From Ginsengibacter sp. (GTDB lineage: Bacteria; Bacteroidota; Bacteroidia; Chitinophagales; Chitinophagaceae), in NCBI GenBank assembly GCA_040005535.1, contig JBDTYU010000308.1, forward strand, positions 1 through 48,870: DNA of 48,870 bases. The letters are read 5' to 3'. This document shows, piece after piece, positions 27,830 to 38,935 of this stretch; position 1 is the first letter of the stretch; each line of letters begins with the position of its first letter. The position numbers and the translations under genes were made by a program. A model generated the notes under the pieces. The model searched no databases and had not been told where the DNA came from. It saw nothing but the letters and a program-made list of their open reading frames with translations.

Positions 27830-28681
27830 TTGATTCAAAGAATTTTTCTCGCATCTGGAGGTCTCCTACTTCTACTTGCGCTTTTATTGTTTGGAAAAAC
27901 TAATACAATAAAAGCTGATTTCCCTCATGAAAATCATTCATTATCTACATTCAATATTGAAGTTGCTATTACAAGGGAAAAACAGAAATTAAGTCCCCCG
28001 CAATTAATATATGTTTCTAATCTTGAAAATAATATAAGCCGCGGGGATATAAAAATACAGGCTGAAAAACAATTTACACTGCTGGCAGATTTCTGGAAAG
28101 ATTCTGTAGGAATATTTATTCCCTATGCTTATTATTTAAGCGAAGGAGCCAAATTGGATAATTCGGAAAAAAAACTCACCTTTGCTGCCCGTTTGATTTT
28201 AGAGAACATGAGGAGAGAAGATAGTGCTGAGCTAAAAATATGGGAAGCAGAAACTGCAGCCTCCCTGTTTGAAAGAGCTTTGAAACTTGATCCTGATAAT
28301 AATGATTTAGAAGTGGGACTTGGCAGTTGTTATGTGTATGGGCAGGGTATAATTGGAGATGCTGAGCAAACTATGAAAGGGATTCAGCAGTTATTGAAAG
28401 TTGTGCGGAAAGATTCTAATAATATGCAGGCTCAGATGGTGTTGGGTATAGGAGCAGTAATTTCCCGCCAGTTTGATAAAGGAATAGAAAGACTTAGTAA
28501 AGTTGTAGCGTTTGACCCGCAAAATCCGGAGGCAGTTTCGTGGCTTGCAGATGCTTATGCAGGTTCCGGCGATAGGAAGAATGCTACAAAATGGTATGAA
28601 CAAAGTAAGCATCTTATCAATAATCCTGCATTCAGTAAAGAAGTGGATGAAAGAATTAAAGCATTAAGTACCCGGCCTTAA
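27830..28681 (+). CDS. Membrane-anchored TPR protein
   Basis: N-terminal TM; TPR-like 'FERALKLDPDN' and 'MKGIQQLLKVV'; the TTG 27830 start is inferred because TACTTTTG (27789-27796) overlaps the ORF-track start. Confidence 0.75.
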   Translation: MIQRIFLASGGLLLLLALLLFGKTNTIKADFPHENHSLSTFNIEVAITREKQKLSPPQLIYVSNLENNISRGDIKIQAEKQFTLLADFWKDSVGIFIPYAYYLSEGAKLDNSEKKLTFAARLILENMRREDSAELKIWEAETAASLFERALKLDPDNNDLEVGLGSCYVYGQGIIGDAEQTMKGIQQLLKVVRKDSNNMQAQMVLGIGAVISRQFDKGIERLSKVVAFDPQNPEAVSWLADAYAGSGDRKNATKWYEQSKHLINNPAFSKEVDERIKALSTRP

Positions 28682-28710
28682 AGCAAAGGCGGTCATTAAT
28701 ACTTAAATAC

Positions 28711-28743
28711 TGATTAATTAAAACAATTTTCTTTAATTAATCA
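28711..28743. other. Perfect 12-bp AT-rich hairpin upstream of the bS22-like gene
   Basis: TGATTAATTAAA-9 nt-TTTAATTAATCA. Confidence 0.6.
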
Positions 28744-28773
28744 TTCTTATAAATTATTTAAAATTACTCAGTT

Positions 28774-28863
28774 ATGCCTTGTGGTAAAAAGAGAAAACGT
28801 CATAAGATTGCTACTCATAAACGTAAAAAGCGTTTAAGAAAAAATCGTCATAAAAAGAAGTAA
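28774..28863 (+). CDS. Small basic ribosomal protein bS22-like (mS38/AURKAIP1/COX24 family), absent from the ORF track
   Basis: MPCGKKRKRHKIATHKRKKRLRKNRHKKK* (29 aa), immediately upstream of RNase E/G. Confidence 0.85.
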   Translation: MPCGKKRKRHKIATHKRKKRLRKNRHKKK

Positions 28864-28949
28864 TCCCTACTTTTAATTGTACCGGTATGTACTGAATTTA
28901 CCCGTTTACTCTTCCTGTGTAATTAAGAAATTAATTAAAAGATTTTGAG

Positions 28950-30497
28950 TTGAATAAGGAACTTATTATAAATGCTGCTCCACAAGCAGTAGAAATAGCC
29001 TTGCTTGAGGATAAAAAACTTGTTGAATTGCATAATGAAAATTCACACTCAGGTTTTGCAGTAGGAGATTTGTATTTGGGTAAAGTAAAAAAATTAATCC
29101 CCGGCCTTAATGCAGCTTTCGTAGATGTGGGTTTTGAAAAAGATGCTTTTCTCCATTATACAGATCTTAGTCCTTATGTGCGTTCCATTCTTAAATTTAC
29201 CCGGTTTGCTATAAATGATAAACCTGAACCAGGTTTTAATTTTCCTTCTTTAGGAGCTGAACCCGAAATTATAAAGACTGGAAAAATAGCCGAGGTATTG
29301 AGTGGTAAGCCAAATATTCTTGTACAAATATTAAAGGAACCTATAGCTGCCAAAGGCCCGCGTCTTAGCTGTGAACTTTCTTTACCCGGAAGATTTGTTG
29401 TACTTACTCCTTTTAATGATATCATTGCGGTATCACGCAAAATTCATTCATCAGAAGAAAGGAAGCGTCTTCAAAAAATTATAGAAGCAATCAAGCCAAA
29501 AAATTTTGGCGTTATTGTGCGCACTGCAGCAGAAGGTAAACATACTACAGAACTGCATGAAGATTTACTGTCGCTTATAAACACATGGAAGAATATTCAG
29601 AAGAATTTAAGCGGGGCTGTTGCTCCCTGTAAAATCATGAGTGAAGAAGGAAAAACAAATAGTATTCTTCGTGATTTACTCAATGAAGATTTTAATAAAA
29701 TTGTAGTAAACGATAAGAATATTTTCAACGATACAAAAACTTATTTACAACGCATTGCTCCCGATAAAACTGAAATACTTTCTTTTCACAGTAATGGCTC
29801 GCCCATTTTTGATAGTTATGGAATTACCCGGCAGGTAAAAGCTTCTTTCGGTAAAACCGTAAACCTTCCAAGCGGCGCTTATCTTATTATTGAACATACT
29901 GAAGCCTTGCATGTAATTGATGTAAACAGTGGCTATAAAAGTGTAAGCAATAATCAGGAGCAAAATGCTTTTGAAACAAACCTTGAGGCAGCAGCAGAAA
30001 TTGCACGACAGCTTCGGCTGAGAGATATCGGCGGCATAATAGTAGTTGACTTCATTGATATGAAGCTGATGGAAAATAAGAAAAAGCTTGCTGAGCAAAT
30101 GGATAATTTTATGCGGAGCGACAGGGCAAAGCATGCCGTATTGCCTATAAGTAAATTTGGACTTATGCAAATTACCCGGCAGCGAATGAAGCCGGAGATG
30201 ACCATCAATACATCTGAAGTATGCCCAAGTTGCGATGGTACCGGAAAAATTGCTTCTACTCTTGTGCTGGAGGATGAGATTGAAAAAAATCTTAGCTATC
30301 TTGTTATGCAAAAGCACATAGGGCTTACTATTGAAGTGCACCCGATCTTACATGCTTACCTTACCAAGGGGTTTCCTTCCAAACGACTTAGATGGACGTG
30401 GAAATACAAGCAAAAAATTGTTATTAAATCTAATAGCAACTATCACCTTACAGAGTTCCATTTTTACGATAAAAGCGATGAGGAGATAAAGTTGTAA
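28950..30497 (+). CDS. Ribonuclease E/G family
   Basis: S1 domain GLNAAFVDVG, LPGRFVVL, HVIDVNSG, LRLRDIGGIIVVDFIDM, CPSCDGTG; TTG start. Confidence 0.95.
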   Translation: MNKELIINAAPQAVEIALLEDKKLVELHNENSHSGFAVGDLYLGKVKKLIPGLNAAFVDVGFEKDAFLHYTDLSPYVRSILKFTRFAINDKPEPGFNFPSLGAEPEIIKTGKIAEVLSGKPNILVQILKEPIAAKGPRLSCELSLPGRFVVLTPFNDIIAVSRKIHSSEERKRLQKIIEAIKPKNFGVIVRTAAEGKHTTELHEDLLSLINTWKNIQKNLSGAVAPCKIMSEEGKTNSILRDLLNEDFNKIVVNDKNIFNDTKTYLQRIAPDKTEILSFHSNGSPIFDSYGITRQVKASFGKTVNLPSGAYLIIEHTEALHVIDVNSGYKSVSNNQEQNAFETNLEAAAEIARQLRLRDIGGIIVVDFIDMKLMENKKKLAEQMDNFMRSDRAKHAVLPISKFGLMQITRQRMKPEMTINTSEVCPSCDGTGKIASTLVLEDEIEKNLSYLVMQKHIGLTIEVHPILHAYLTKGFPSKRLRWTWKYKQKIVIKSNSNYHLTEFHFYDKSDEEIKL

Positions 30498-30544
30498 GGT
30501 TAAAATCAAAGAATAATGATTAGCAACTTTAAAGGAAAAATAAT

Positions 30545-31348
30545 TTACATTTTCTCTTTCATATCTTGTTTCTTATTGTGGCTTACTTTTAAAGCTGCAA
30601 CAAACACTGCTCCTCCAATTATATTTCCGGGTACTGCAAGGCTTAAAAAATGAATGAGGTGATACATAGTAATATTATTGCCGGTAAGCATTGCTGTGAA
30701 CATTTCTACTGATCCAACGACACAGTGGTGAAGGCCAACAATACCGATTACAAATGTTACCAGCATAATAAGCAAAATGCGGCTTATTGTTTCTGTGGTA
30801 GATGAAATAAGCCATGTAAGTAAACCCATCAGCCATCCTGCAAATACTGCACTGCCGAATAATAACGTCCATTTATAATGTGGAATTTGTTCTGCAATGT
30901 GCTGGTATGCCTCAGGTTTTATAATTTTCATTTGTACAGGAAGTGTTGCCAAAATGAAACTAAAGATGAAACACCCAATAAGATTTCCGCCAAGTACAAT
31001 ACCCCATAAACGGAATAGACTTTGAAATTTTTTATTACCATTTAGAACAGGAATTACAGCAATAGTTGTCTGTTCAGTAAATAGTTCTTCCCGTCCGATA
31101 ATTACAAATAAAAATCCCAATGGGTAGCTTAATGAAAGTAAAATATGCATAGCCTGTGCGCTTATCCTGCCATCGAAAAGTGAAAACAAAACGCCCATCA
31201 GCAGAATGCTGAAACCAATTTCGAGGCCTGCCGCCAGGGCAGATAAAAATAATGACCATGAAGGCCTGGAATACTGCCTGGAACCATCTTCATTCAATTG
31301 GTCCAATATTTCATGAACCTGGCTGGGATTACTGGAGCTTTTTGCCAT
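30545..31348 (-). CDS. Formate/nitrite transporter (FNT) family, YfdC-like
   Basis: About 6 TM; ELFTEQT, GNLIG, AGWLMGLLTW, HHCVVGSVE, GNIIGGAVFV. Confidence 0.85.
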   Translation of the reverse strand: MAKSSSNPSQVHEILDQLNEDGSRQYSRPSWSLFLSALAAGLEIGFSILLMGVLFSLFDGRISAQAMHILLSLSYPLGFLFVIIGREELFTEQTTIAVIPVLNGNKKFQSLFRLWGIVLGGNLIGCFIFSFILATLPVQMKIIKPEAYQHIAEQIPHYKWTLLFGSAVFAGWLMGLLTWLISSTTETISRILLIMLVTFVIGIVGLHHCVVGSVEMFTAMLTGNNITMYHLIHFLSLAVPGNIIGGAVFVAALKVSHNKKQDMKEKM

Positions 31349-31427
31349 ACGAATAAATAAATATTGCGATTTTCAAAAATCTTATTGCACCGTTTCCTGC
31401 TCCGTTTCTAGTTGACAGAAAGACAAT

Positions 31428-32123
31428 TTAATTCCTGCTTCTTCCCTGGTAGATTAAAATATATTGCACAAGCAAAGCTATTGATGCGAGAGCAGCAATT
31501 ATATAAGTGAGTGCCGCCCACTTCAATGCATCTTTCGCTTTTTCATGTTCCTGTAATGAAGTAATGCGTGACGAGTCAAGCCATTTCAATGCCCTAGCAG
31601 ATGCATCGATTTCAACAGGTAATGTTATTACGGAAAATAAAGTAGAAGCTGCAAACAGAATGATACCAATTAATAAAACCGTTTGATTACCGCCACCAAC
31701 ACTAAATAAGCCAAGTCCTATTAAAATTATCCATTGAGCAAGGTTACTGCTTATTTGTACCACGGGCACCAGTCTGCTTCTCATCATCAGCATTGAATAA
31801 GCAGTAGCATGTTGCACGGCATGGCCACATTCATGTGCGGCTACTGCAGCAGCAGCAATATTTCTTCCTTCATATACACCCGGGCTTAGGTTAACTGTTT
31901 TTTTTGTCGGGTCATAGTGGTCACTTAAAAATCCCTGGACTGATATTACGGTTACATCATAAATTCCATTATCATGCAGCATTTTCTCTGCAATTTCTTT
32001 TCCGCTAAGGCCACTGCTGGTGGGCATTTTGCTATATGCCGAAAATTTACTTTTGAGCCTGAATTGTACAATCATACCCAATGCCATAAATAAAATAGAT
32101 ATGAATATAATCCCTACTGGCAT
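31428..32123 (-). CDS. Membrane zinc metallopeptidase (YugP-like)
   Basis: LSDHYDP, AAHECGHAVQ (HExxH), TLPVEIDASARA; TAATTTTG at 32140-32147. Confidence 0.9.
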   Translation of the reverse strand: MPVGIIFISILFMALGMIVQFRLKSKFSAYSKMPTSSGLSGKEIAEKMLHDNGIYDVTVISVQGFLSDHYDPTKKTVNLSPGVYEGRNIAAAAVAAHECGHAVQHATAYSMLMMRSRLVPVVQISSNLAQWIILIGLGLFSVGGGNQTVLLIGIILFAASTLFSVITLPVEIDASARALKWLDSSRITSLQEHEKAKDALKWAALTYIIAALASIALLVQYILIYQGRSRN

Positions 32124-32284
32124 TATAAATATTTGGTTTCAAAATTACAAATTATGTTTTATACCTCACAGCTTTTAGAAACTTTGGAAATATTGTATCG
32201 GGCAAAGCTTAAACGCACTTATCATTACCATAATGAAAAAGGAGAAACAAATCTCCCTTACAAAATAAAATCAAATTATTTCAA

Positions 32285-33865
32285 TCAGGATTTAAACTGG
32301 TGCATAATTTCCTTTGCCAGCTCTACCATTTTTTTAATGCCGTCTTCAGGTAAATTACCTTTCTTAAAATCGGCAAGTACTTCGGGAAGTTTGTTTTCCA
32401 TTTCAAGTAAAAATTGTTCTTCAAAACCTTTAATATTTTTTACGGGCACTTGGCTAATTAAGCCATAGGTACCCAGGTAAATTATCGCAACTTGCTTTTC
32501 AACAGGGTAAGGAGAAAACTGTGGTTGTTTTAAAATTTCAACATTTCTTGATCCTTTATCCAACACCGATTTAGTTGCAGCATCAAGATCGCCGCCGAAT
32601 TTAGAAAAGGCCTCTAATTCACGATACAAAGCCTGGTCGAGCTTTAACGTGCCTGCCACCTTTTTCATTGATTTTATCTGTGCATTACCACCCACACGAC
32701 TTACCGAAATACCTACATTGATTGCCGGGCGAATACCAGCGTTGAACAAATTACCCTCCAGAAATATCTGTCCATCCGTTATGGAAATAACATTGGTAGG
32801 AATGTAAGCAGAAACGTCACCAGCCTGTGTTTCAATAATTGGAAGAGCCGTTAAGGAGCCACCACCTTTTACAAGATGTTTAATATTTTCAGGAAGGTCG
32901 TTCATCTTTTGTGCAATCTCATCTTTTGAAATAATTTTTGCAGCTCTTTCCAGAAGACGGGAATGCAGGTAAAATACATCACCGGGGTAAGCCTCACGTC
33001 CCGGAGGCCTTCTTAATAAAAGTGATACTTCACGGTAAGCAACAGCCTGCTTGCTTAAATCATCAAAAATAATAAGTGCAGAGCGCCCGGTATCACGAAA
33101 AAATTCACCGAGTGCGGCACCAGCAAATGGAGCATAAAATTGCTGAGGTGCAGGGTCAGAAGCAGATGCAGCAACAATAGTAGTATACTCCATTGCGTCA
33201 TTATCCTGCAATACTTTCATCACGTTTGCAATGGTCGAAGCCTTTTGTCCTATAGCAACATATATGCAATAGACGGGATTTCCAGCCTTATAAAATTCTT
33301 TTTGATTGATAATAGTGTCAATACAAATTGCACTCTTACCTGTCTGCCGGTCACCGATCACTAATTCGCGTTGACCCCGCCCTATCGGTATCATCGCATC
33401 AATTGCTTTAATCCCTGTTTGAAGCGGTTGCTTTACAGGCTCACGAAAAATTACTCCGGGAGCTTTACGTTCAAGAGGCATTTCATAAAGTTCACCGGTG
33501 ATTGGCCCCTTGCCGTCAATAGGCTCACCGAGGGTATTAATGACCCTTCCTGCCAGCCCATCACCTACTTTTATTGACGCGATTTTTCCTGTACGGCGTA
33601 CGGTACCGCCTTCTTTGATATCCCCACTATCGCCCATGAGCACAACGCCTACATTATCTTCTTCCAGATTGAGGGCGATAGCTTTTACACCATTTTCAAA
33701 CTCAACTAATTCACCCGAGCTTACATTATTCAATCCATAAATACGGGCAATACCATCGCCAATCTGCAATACAGTTCCTACTTCTTCAAGGTTAGCTTCC
33801 ACATTAAAATTTGTAAGTTGCTGGCGTAGTATAGCAGAAATTTCATCAGGTTTAATATCAACCAT
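32285..33865 (-). CDS. atpA: F0F1 ATP synthase alpha subunit
   Basis: GDRQTGKS Walker [30 protein letters not shown]. Confidence 0.98.
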   Translation of the reverse strand: MVDIKPDEISAILRQQLTNFNVEANLEEVGTVLQIGDGIARIYGLNNVSSGELVEFENGVKAIALNLEEDNVGVVLMGDSGDIKEGGTVRRTGKIASIKVGDGLAGRVINTLGEPIDGKGPITGELYEMPLERKAPGVIFREPVKQPLQTGIKAIDAMIPIGRGQRELVIGDRQTGKSAICIDTIINQKEFYKAGNPVYCIYVAIGQKASTIANVMKVLQDNDAMEYTTIVAASASDPAPQQFYAPFAGAALGEFFRDTGRSALIIFDDLSKQAVAYREVSLLLRRPPGREAYPGDVFYLHSRLLERAAKIISKDEIAQKMNDLPENIKHLVKGGGSLTALPIIETQAGDVSAYIPTNVISITDGQIFLEGNLFNAGIRPAINVGISVSRVGGNAQIKSMKKVAGTLKLDQALYRELEAFSKFGGDLDAATKSVLDKGSRNVEILKQPQFSPYPVEKQVAIIYLGTYGLISQVPVKNIKGFEEQFLLEMENKLPEVLADFKKGNLPEDGIKKMVELAKEIMHQFKS

Positions 33866-33889
33866 AATATAAGTTTATTTTTTCGATGG

Positions 33890-33897
33890 CAAAGGTA
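33890..33897 (-). promoter_or_regulatory. -7 promoter element directly upstream of atpA
   Basis: TACCTTTG on the minus strand, 24 nt upstream of the atpA ATG. Confidence 0.65.
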
Positions 33898-34067
33898 AAG
33901 CAAGATGTGTGGAGTAACAAAAAATGAAAACTAAATGTTGCTCTTTGGTTGTATAAGATTTAAAAAAAAAATTCATTTTTACTAAGTAATGAAAGTAATA
34001 TTGATGCTAAAGATTATTTTCCTCCCATTACTTTAAAACATTACTTTTAATTCCCTAAATCTACGTC

Positions 34068-37000
34068 ATGAAAAAAAATTTTCTACTTATCATTGCAAGT
34101 ATATTTTGCCTTTATTTATTATGGAATTTATTTGATGTAAAATCAGAAACAATTTATAAGGAATCTATAAAAATAAGCGATGAAAATAATGTTATTGACA
34201 ATGAGGATGGGATAGCCGAAGCTCAGAAATTAGAATTTGAATTGACAAAAGATATCTCATTAGGATACATTCCAAAATACAGATTAGTAAATGCCTTTGA
34301 AGACCTTATGGTGCAAAGACAAAAAATTACCAATTCTCCCAACAATATTTCTTCACTCATCTGGACCGAGCGTGGGCCTGTTTCAGATATTACCGGACCC
34401 AGCAATGGCAATACCCGTGCTGGAAATGGAATAGCGAGTGGGCGGATGAGGGCCGTATGGGTTGATCTTTCAGATGTAACAAATCATACAGTATGGGTAG
34501 GAGGAGTTGATGGAGGAATTTGGAAAACAACAGATATATCTGCCTATCCGGCTACATGGACTTCTGTAAATGATTTTTTTGCAAATCTATCAATTGGTAG
34601 CATTTGCCAGGATCCTACAGGAACACAAAACACTATGTATTTTGGTACCGGAGAAAAGACGATTAATGCAGATAGAGTAAGGGGTGGTGGTGTATGGAAA
34701 AGTATTGATCATGGAGTTAGTTGGAATTTGTTACCTGCTACAACGGGATTTTGGAATGTATCCAAAATTGTATGTGATGCTGCAGGCATTATATATGTTG
34801 CAACGCAGGGAAATAATATAGGACTTCAACGCTCTGCCGATGGAGGAAATACATGGACTAATATTACACCAACAGGACTAAACACAGCGGTAACAGATAT
34901 GAAATTAAGCAGCACAGGAAGAATGCATATTGTTTGTGGTTATTATAATGGATATTTTAATGCAAGCCCTGCCGGGTATCGTTTCACAGATAATCCTGCA
35001 ACAGTTACTGCAGCTACATGGACTGTTGCTACCACTGTATTTCCAAACGTTCAATATAATTGTGAAATGGCAGTATCAGGCAATACTTTATATGTTTTAG
35101 CGGCAAATTCATCTTATCAAACGCCGGCAATTTATAAATCAATTGATGGAGGTGATGTATGGGCTGCAACAACAACTTCTCCGCCTGCTGCATCAGGTAC
35201 TAATGACCTAAGCAGTGGGCAAGCCTGGTACAATATGGCTTTAGCAGTAGACCCTTCTAATGATCTTAATGTTGTGGCCGGTGGTTTAAATTGTTATAGA
35301 ACAATTGATGGCGGTGATACATGGACGCAAATTTCCACATGGTTTGGCCCGGGTTTAAGTTATGTTCATGCTGATCAGCAAACTGCTGTATGGAATGGTA
35401 ACCAGGTTTTAATAGGCAGTGATGGAGGCATATTTTATTCGGCAAATAGCGGAGCAACTTTTAAAGACAGGAATGCAGGCCTCAGGATAAAACAATTTTA
35501 TTCCTGTGCAATGCATCCTTCAAATGTAAATTATTTTCTTGCCGGTGCTCAGGATAACGGGGTACATCAATTTACGAATGCGGGCCTTGGAAGTACAGTA
35601 GAAGTTACCGGCGGTGACGGAGCATTTGTTCAAATTGACCAGGACGATCCGCAATACCAATTCGGATCTTATGTGTATAACACCTATCGGCGAAGCACAG
35701 ATGGGGGAGCTTCCTGGAATGCTATTAATTATTCAACAACAATAGGCCAGTTTATTAACCCAACGGATTACGATAATGTAACAAAGAAAATGTATGCTTC
35801 AGGCAGTGCTGGTCAATATATAAGATGGGAAGATGCGCAAACAGGAAGCACCTTTACACCTGTTTCAATTGCAGCTTTTGCGGGTAATGTAAGGCACGTA
35901 TCAATTTCCCCCCATACATCAAACAAAGTCTTTTTTGGAACATCAAGTGGTAAGATTGTAATGGTGAATAATGCCAATGCCACTACTCCTGCCGGTACAG
36001 ATATTACAGGTGCCGGAATGCCCGGATCAACTGTTTCGTGTATTGCTGTTGGGACAAATGATAATAATCTTATTGCTACTTATTCCAATTATGGAGCTAC
36101 CAAACACATTTGGGCAAGCTCAACAGGGGGTGGAAACGGCGGCTGGACAAACATCACCGGTAATTTTCCGGATATTCCTGTACGTTGGGTAATTTTTTAT
36201 CCTGATGACAATACAAAAGCTATAATTGCAACAGAAATGGGTGTTTTTGAAACAACAAATATTAATGGTGCTTCAACTGTATGGACACAAAATCCTACAT
36301 TTCCTATTGTTCGTACAGATATGCTGAAATATCGTAAAAGCGATGGTAGCGTTGCAGCAGCTACGCATGGACGCGGATTATGGACAGCCACCATACCACT
36401 TACTATCCCGTATGTAAGGTTCGCATTTAATTATAATTATCAGGCCGAAGCAAAAGTAACTACTTCAGGATGCCGTTATTATAAGGATTATACAATAAAT
36501 ATGAAGACAGATATTGCCCCCACAGGAGATGCCAATATAACGCTTATTCCAAGTGGTACAGCAGTACAAGGTATAGATTATGATTTTACAACAAACGGGA
36601 ACTTCGCTTCACCATCAACTGTTCTAACATTTGCAAATAGTACCACAACTCCAAAGCCGGTTACCATAAGAATTTATGATGATGCAGAAATGGAAGGTGA
36701 CGAATCATTTACTTTAAATTATAGCATTGGCGGTGGGACCAATGCGCAGCCGGCGCCCGGCAGTTTATCATATACATTTACTATTATGGATAATGATGCA
36801 GTACCAACCATAACACCTATTGACACAATTTTAAACCACGCAAAAACAGAATATTTAATTAACAACGGCACCTATTATTTTTATTCTACGACAACTGGTG
36901 ACCTCATTAATAGTATCACAGCATCATCGGCCAACCTTGATTGTACCAGTTCTAATATTTTTGAAGCAGGAGATAAATGGCAGTCTTTTTTTGGAGGTAT

Positions 37001-37808
37001 AAGATCACAAAAAGTATTCGAGGTAATACCATCCACAAATTCTGGTGCATCTTATACAATAGGATTATATTATACAGCAGCAGAACTATCCGGGAAAGAT
37101 CCTGCTAAGTTACAAATTGCAAAAACCACGGCCTCAACATTAGCAGGCATCAATGCGGGCAATACAGTCTTTGGTACAACTGCATTAACTCCTTATGGGG
37201 CAGATTATTTATTTACGGCTTCATTTACAGGATTTTCTAAATTTTTCCTGGTAGATATGAGTGTTGTATTACCTGTTACTATTTTATCTTTTAATGGCAA
37301 CCTGAATAATAATAATATCCTTTTAAACTGGAAAACAAGTTCAGAACATGGCTCAAAATATTTTGAACTTCAAAAGTCAGCAGACGGAACTAATTTTCAT
37401 TCAATTGGAACAATAAACGCTGCAGGTAATAGCTCATCTATCCACAATTATAACTTAACCGATAGTCATGTTAATGAAGTAAATTATTATCGTTTGAAAA
37501 TGATTGATAATGACAGCCGGTTCACTTATAGTTCAACAATACTTATTAAAAATCCAAATGTATCTCAACATCTTTGGGTAAACAACCCATTTCATGAAAT
37601 CATCAATATCCGCATGGCAAAGGATCCCCGGCAAAATATAAAAGTTGAATTGGTTAATATGGAAGGAGCGAAAGTGTATCACAAAGAATTTGGGATGTCA
37701 AACGAAATTCATATTAATCTTTCCGAAACCCGTATAAGTTCAGGGGTGTATTTATTAAAGACACTGATCGATGGGAAAACTTATATAAATAAAGTTGTAA
37801 AACAATAA
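34068..37808 (+). CDS. Large T9SS (type A CTD) cargo: BNR/VPS10-like beta-propeller plus Calx-beta domain
   Basis: N-terminal hydrophobic segment; Asp-boxes SxDGGxTW; VHADQ; AATHGRGLW; Calx-beta IYDDAEMEGDESFTL; VLPVTILSFNG linker; CTD ending SGVYLLK...KVVKQ. Confidence 0.85.
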   Translation: MKKNFLLIIASIFCLYLLWNLFDVKSETIYKESIKISDENNVIDNEDGIAEAQKLEFELTKDISLGYIPKYRLVNAFEDLMVQRQKITNSPNNISSLIWTERGPVSDITGPSNGNTRAGNGIASGRMRAVWVDLSDVTNHTVWVGGVDGGIWKTTDISAYPATWTSVNDFFANLSIGSICQDPTGTQNTMYFGTGEKTINADRVRGGGVWKSIDHGVSWNLLPATTGFWNVSKIVCDAAGIIYVATQGNNIGLQRSADGGNTWTNITPTGLNTAVTDMKLSSTGRMHIVCGYYNGYFNASPAGYRFTDNPATVTAATWTVATTVFPNVQYNCEMAVSGNTLYVLAANSSYQTPAIYKSIDGGDVWAATTTSPPAASGTNDLSSGQAWYNMALAVDPSNDLNVVAGGLNCYRTIDGGDTWTQISTWFGPGLSYVHADQQTAVWNGNQVLIGSDGGIFYSANSGATFKDRNAGLRIKQFYSCAMHPSNVNYFLAGAQDNGVHQFTNAGLGSTVEVTGGDGAFVQIDQDDPQYQFGSYVYNTYRRSTDGGASWNAINYSTTIGQFINPTDYDNVTKKMYASGSAGQYIRWEDAQTGSTFTPVSIAAFAGNVRHVSISPHTSNKVFFGTSSGKIVMVNNANATTPAGTDITGAGMPGSTVSCIAVGTNDNNLIATYSNYGATKHIWASSTGGGNGGWTNITGNFPDIPVRWVIFYPDDNTKAIIATEMGVFETTNINGASTVWTQNPTFPIVRTDMLKYRKSDGSVAAATHGRGLWTATIPLTIPYVRFAFNYNYQAEAKVTTSGCRYYKDYTINMKTDIAPTGDANITLIPSGTAVQGIDYDFTTNGNFASPSTVLTFANSTTTPKPVTIRIYDDAEMEGDESFTLNYSIGGGTNAQPAPGSLSYTFTIMDNDAVPTITPIDTILNHAKTEYLINNGTYYFYSTTTGDLINSITASSANLDCTSSNIFEAGDKWQSFFGGIRSQKVFEVIPSTNSGASYTIGLYYTAAELSGKDPAKLQIAKTTASTLAGINAGNTVFGTTALTPYGADYLFTASFTGFSKFFLVDMSVVLPVTILSFNGNLNNNNILLNWKTSSEHGSKYFELQKSADGTNFHSIGTINAAGNSSSIHNYNLTDSHVNEVNYYRLKMIDNDSRFTYSSTILIKNPNVSQHLWVNNPFHEIINIRMAKDPRQNIKVELVNMEGAKVYHKEFGMSNEIHINLSETRISSGVYLLKTLIDGKTYINKVVKQ

Positions 37809-37864
37809 AGGTATTATACAAAATCGCTTGACATTTTAAAAAACGACTAAGAAAACTATGTCAA

Positions 37865-38362
37865 ATGATTAATATAAAATATTTGCTTTTCTATTCTTTC
37901 ATGTGCGTTAGTTTATTATCCTGTGCTCAATCAAAACATTTAATAAAAAACATATACGCTACTTATAGTGTGCATTTACCCGGCAATGTCGCAGTAGATA
38001 GGAATGGAAATTCTATTTCACTAACAGACACGTTGAGCATAATTTATATTGAGACTGCATCAGAAAAAATTCATTGGTTCCACGCATGGAAAGGTGCTAA
38101 AGATTATTCAATTATTACGACTTTAATAACTGAATTGCCATTTAATGCAGGTACTAATAAAATGACAAATGAAAAAATAATACTGCGTTCAACAAAGGGA
38201 AATAAATTATGGAAGCTACAATTAGTTCCGGGAGAAAAATTTTTTATGGCGCCACTTAAAATATTGCAAGGTGAAATTATACTACAGGGAATCTATCATG
38301 GAAAAAAAATCACACAAAAAATCTTTAAGCAAATTGAGTTAGTGTCTATACCTTCTGTATAA
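37865..38362 (+). CDS. Hypothetical lipoprotein
   Basis: Lipobox LLSC; 165-aa ORF. Confidence 0.65.
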   Translation: MINIKYLLFYSFMCVSLLSCAQSKHLIKNIYATYSVHLPGNVAVDRNGNSISLTDTLSIIYIETASEKIHWFHAWKGAKDYSIITTLITELPFNAGTNKMTNEKIILRSTKGNKLWKLQLVPGEKFFMAPLKILQGEIILQGIYHGKKITQKIFKQIELVSIPSV

Positions 38363-38364
38363 TA

Positions 38365-38928
38365 TTATCTAAGCTTGTGGATGTAATCGTTATTTGCAAA
38401 CTGTTTTTTCACATCATTTAAATCTCTTAAAATACTTGAATCAATAAGCTTTCCTTCCATTTCAAGAACGAAGCCCCCGATAAGTTTTTCATTTACGGTA
38501 GTTTCAAGCTCAATATTTTTTATAGAGGTGGAAGATCCAATTTTATTAATGAAAGAGTTTTTTATTTCCTCGGTAACAGGAGAAGCGGTGGTTAGCTTTA
38601 CTTTGTGAATACCTTTAATTTTATTGTACTGCTCTATAAACGAGTAAATAATTTCCGGTAAATTAGATTCCCTGTTTTTGCTGCTTAGTAGCTTTATAAA
38701 AGTCTGCGTAGTCTTTGATATTTTATCTTTAGTTACTGCATCTATAATTTTATTTTTTTTATCAGCACTTATGATAGGGCTTTTAAGCATTAGCACAAAT
38801 TGCCGGCTTTGGGTAAATATTGCATAAAGCAGCATAATATCATCATGAACAATATCAAGATCCTTCATCTCTGCAGACAAATCAATAAGGCTCTTTGCGT
38901 ATCGTTCTGCTAATCGTGGATTTTGCAT
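38365..38928 (-). CDS. atpH: ATP synthase delta subunit
   Basis: RLAERYAKSL, LKSPII, LIGGFVL, IDSSI. Confidence 0.95.
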   Translation of the reverse strand: MQNPRLAERYAKSLIDLSAEMKDLDIVHDDIMLLYAIFTQSRQFVLMLKSPIISADKKNKIIDAVTKDKISKTTQTFIKLLSSKNRESNLPEIIYSFIEQYNKIKGIHKVKLTTASPVTEEIKNSFINKIGSSTSIKNIELETTVNEKLIGGFVLEMEGKLIDSSILRDLNDVKKQFANNDYIHKLR

Positions 38929-38935
38929 TATCAGG

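Noticed and set aside
31390-31408. Direct repeat CCGTTTC x2 upstream of the FNT gene
   Set aside because: Two 7-mers are too little to call an operator or ECF promoter.
33866-38364. Block between atpA and atpH as a mobile element
   Set aside because: No transposase, integrase, terminal inverted repeats or target duplication seen; reported only as an operon interruption.
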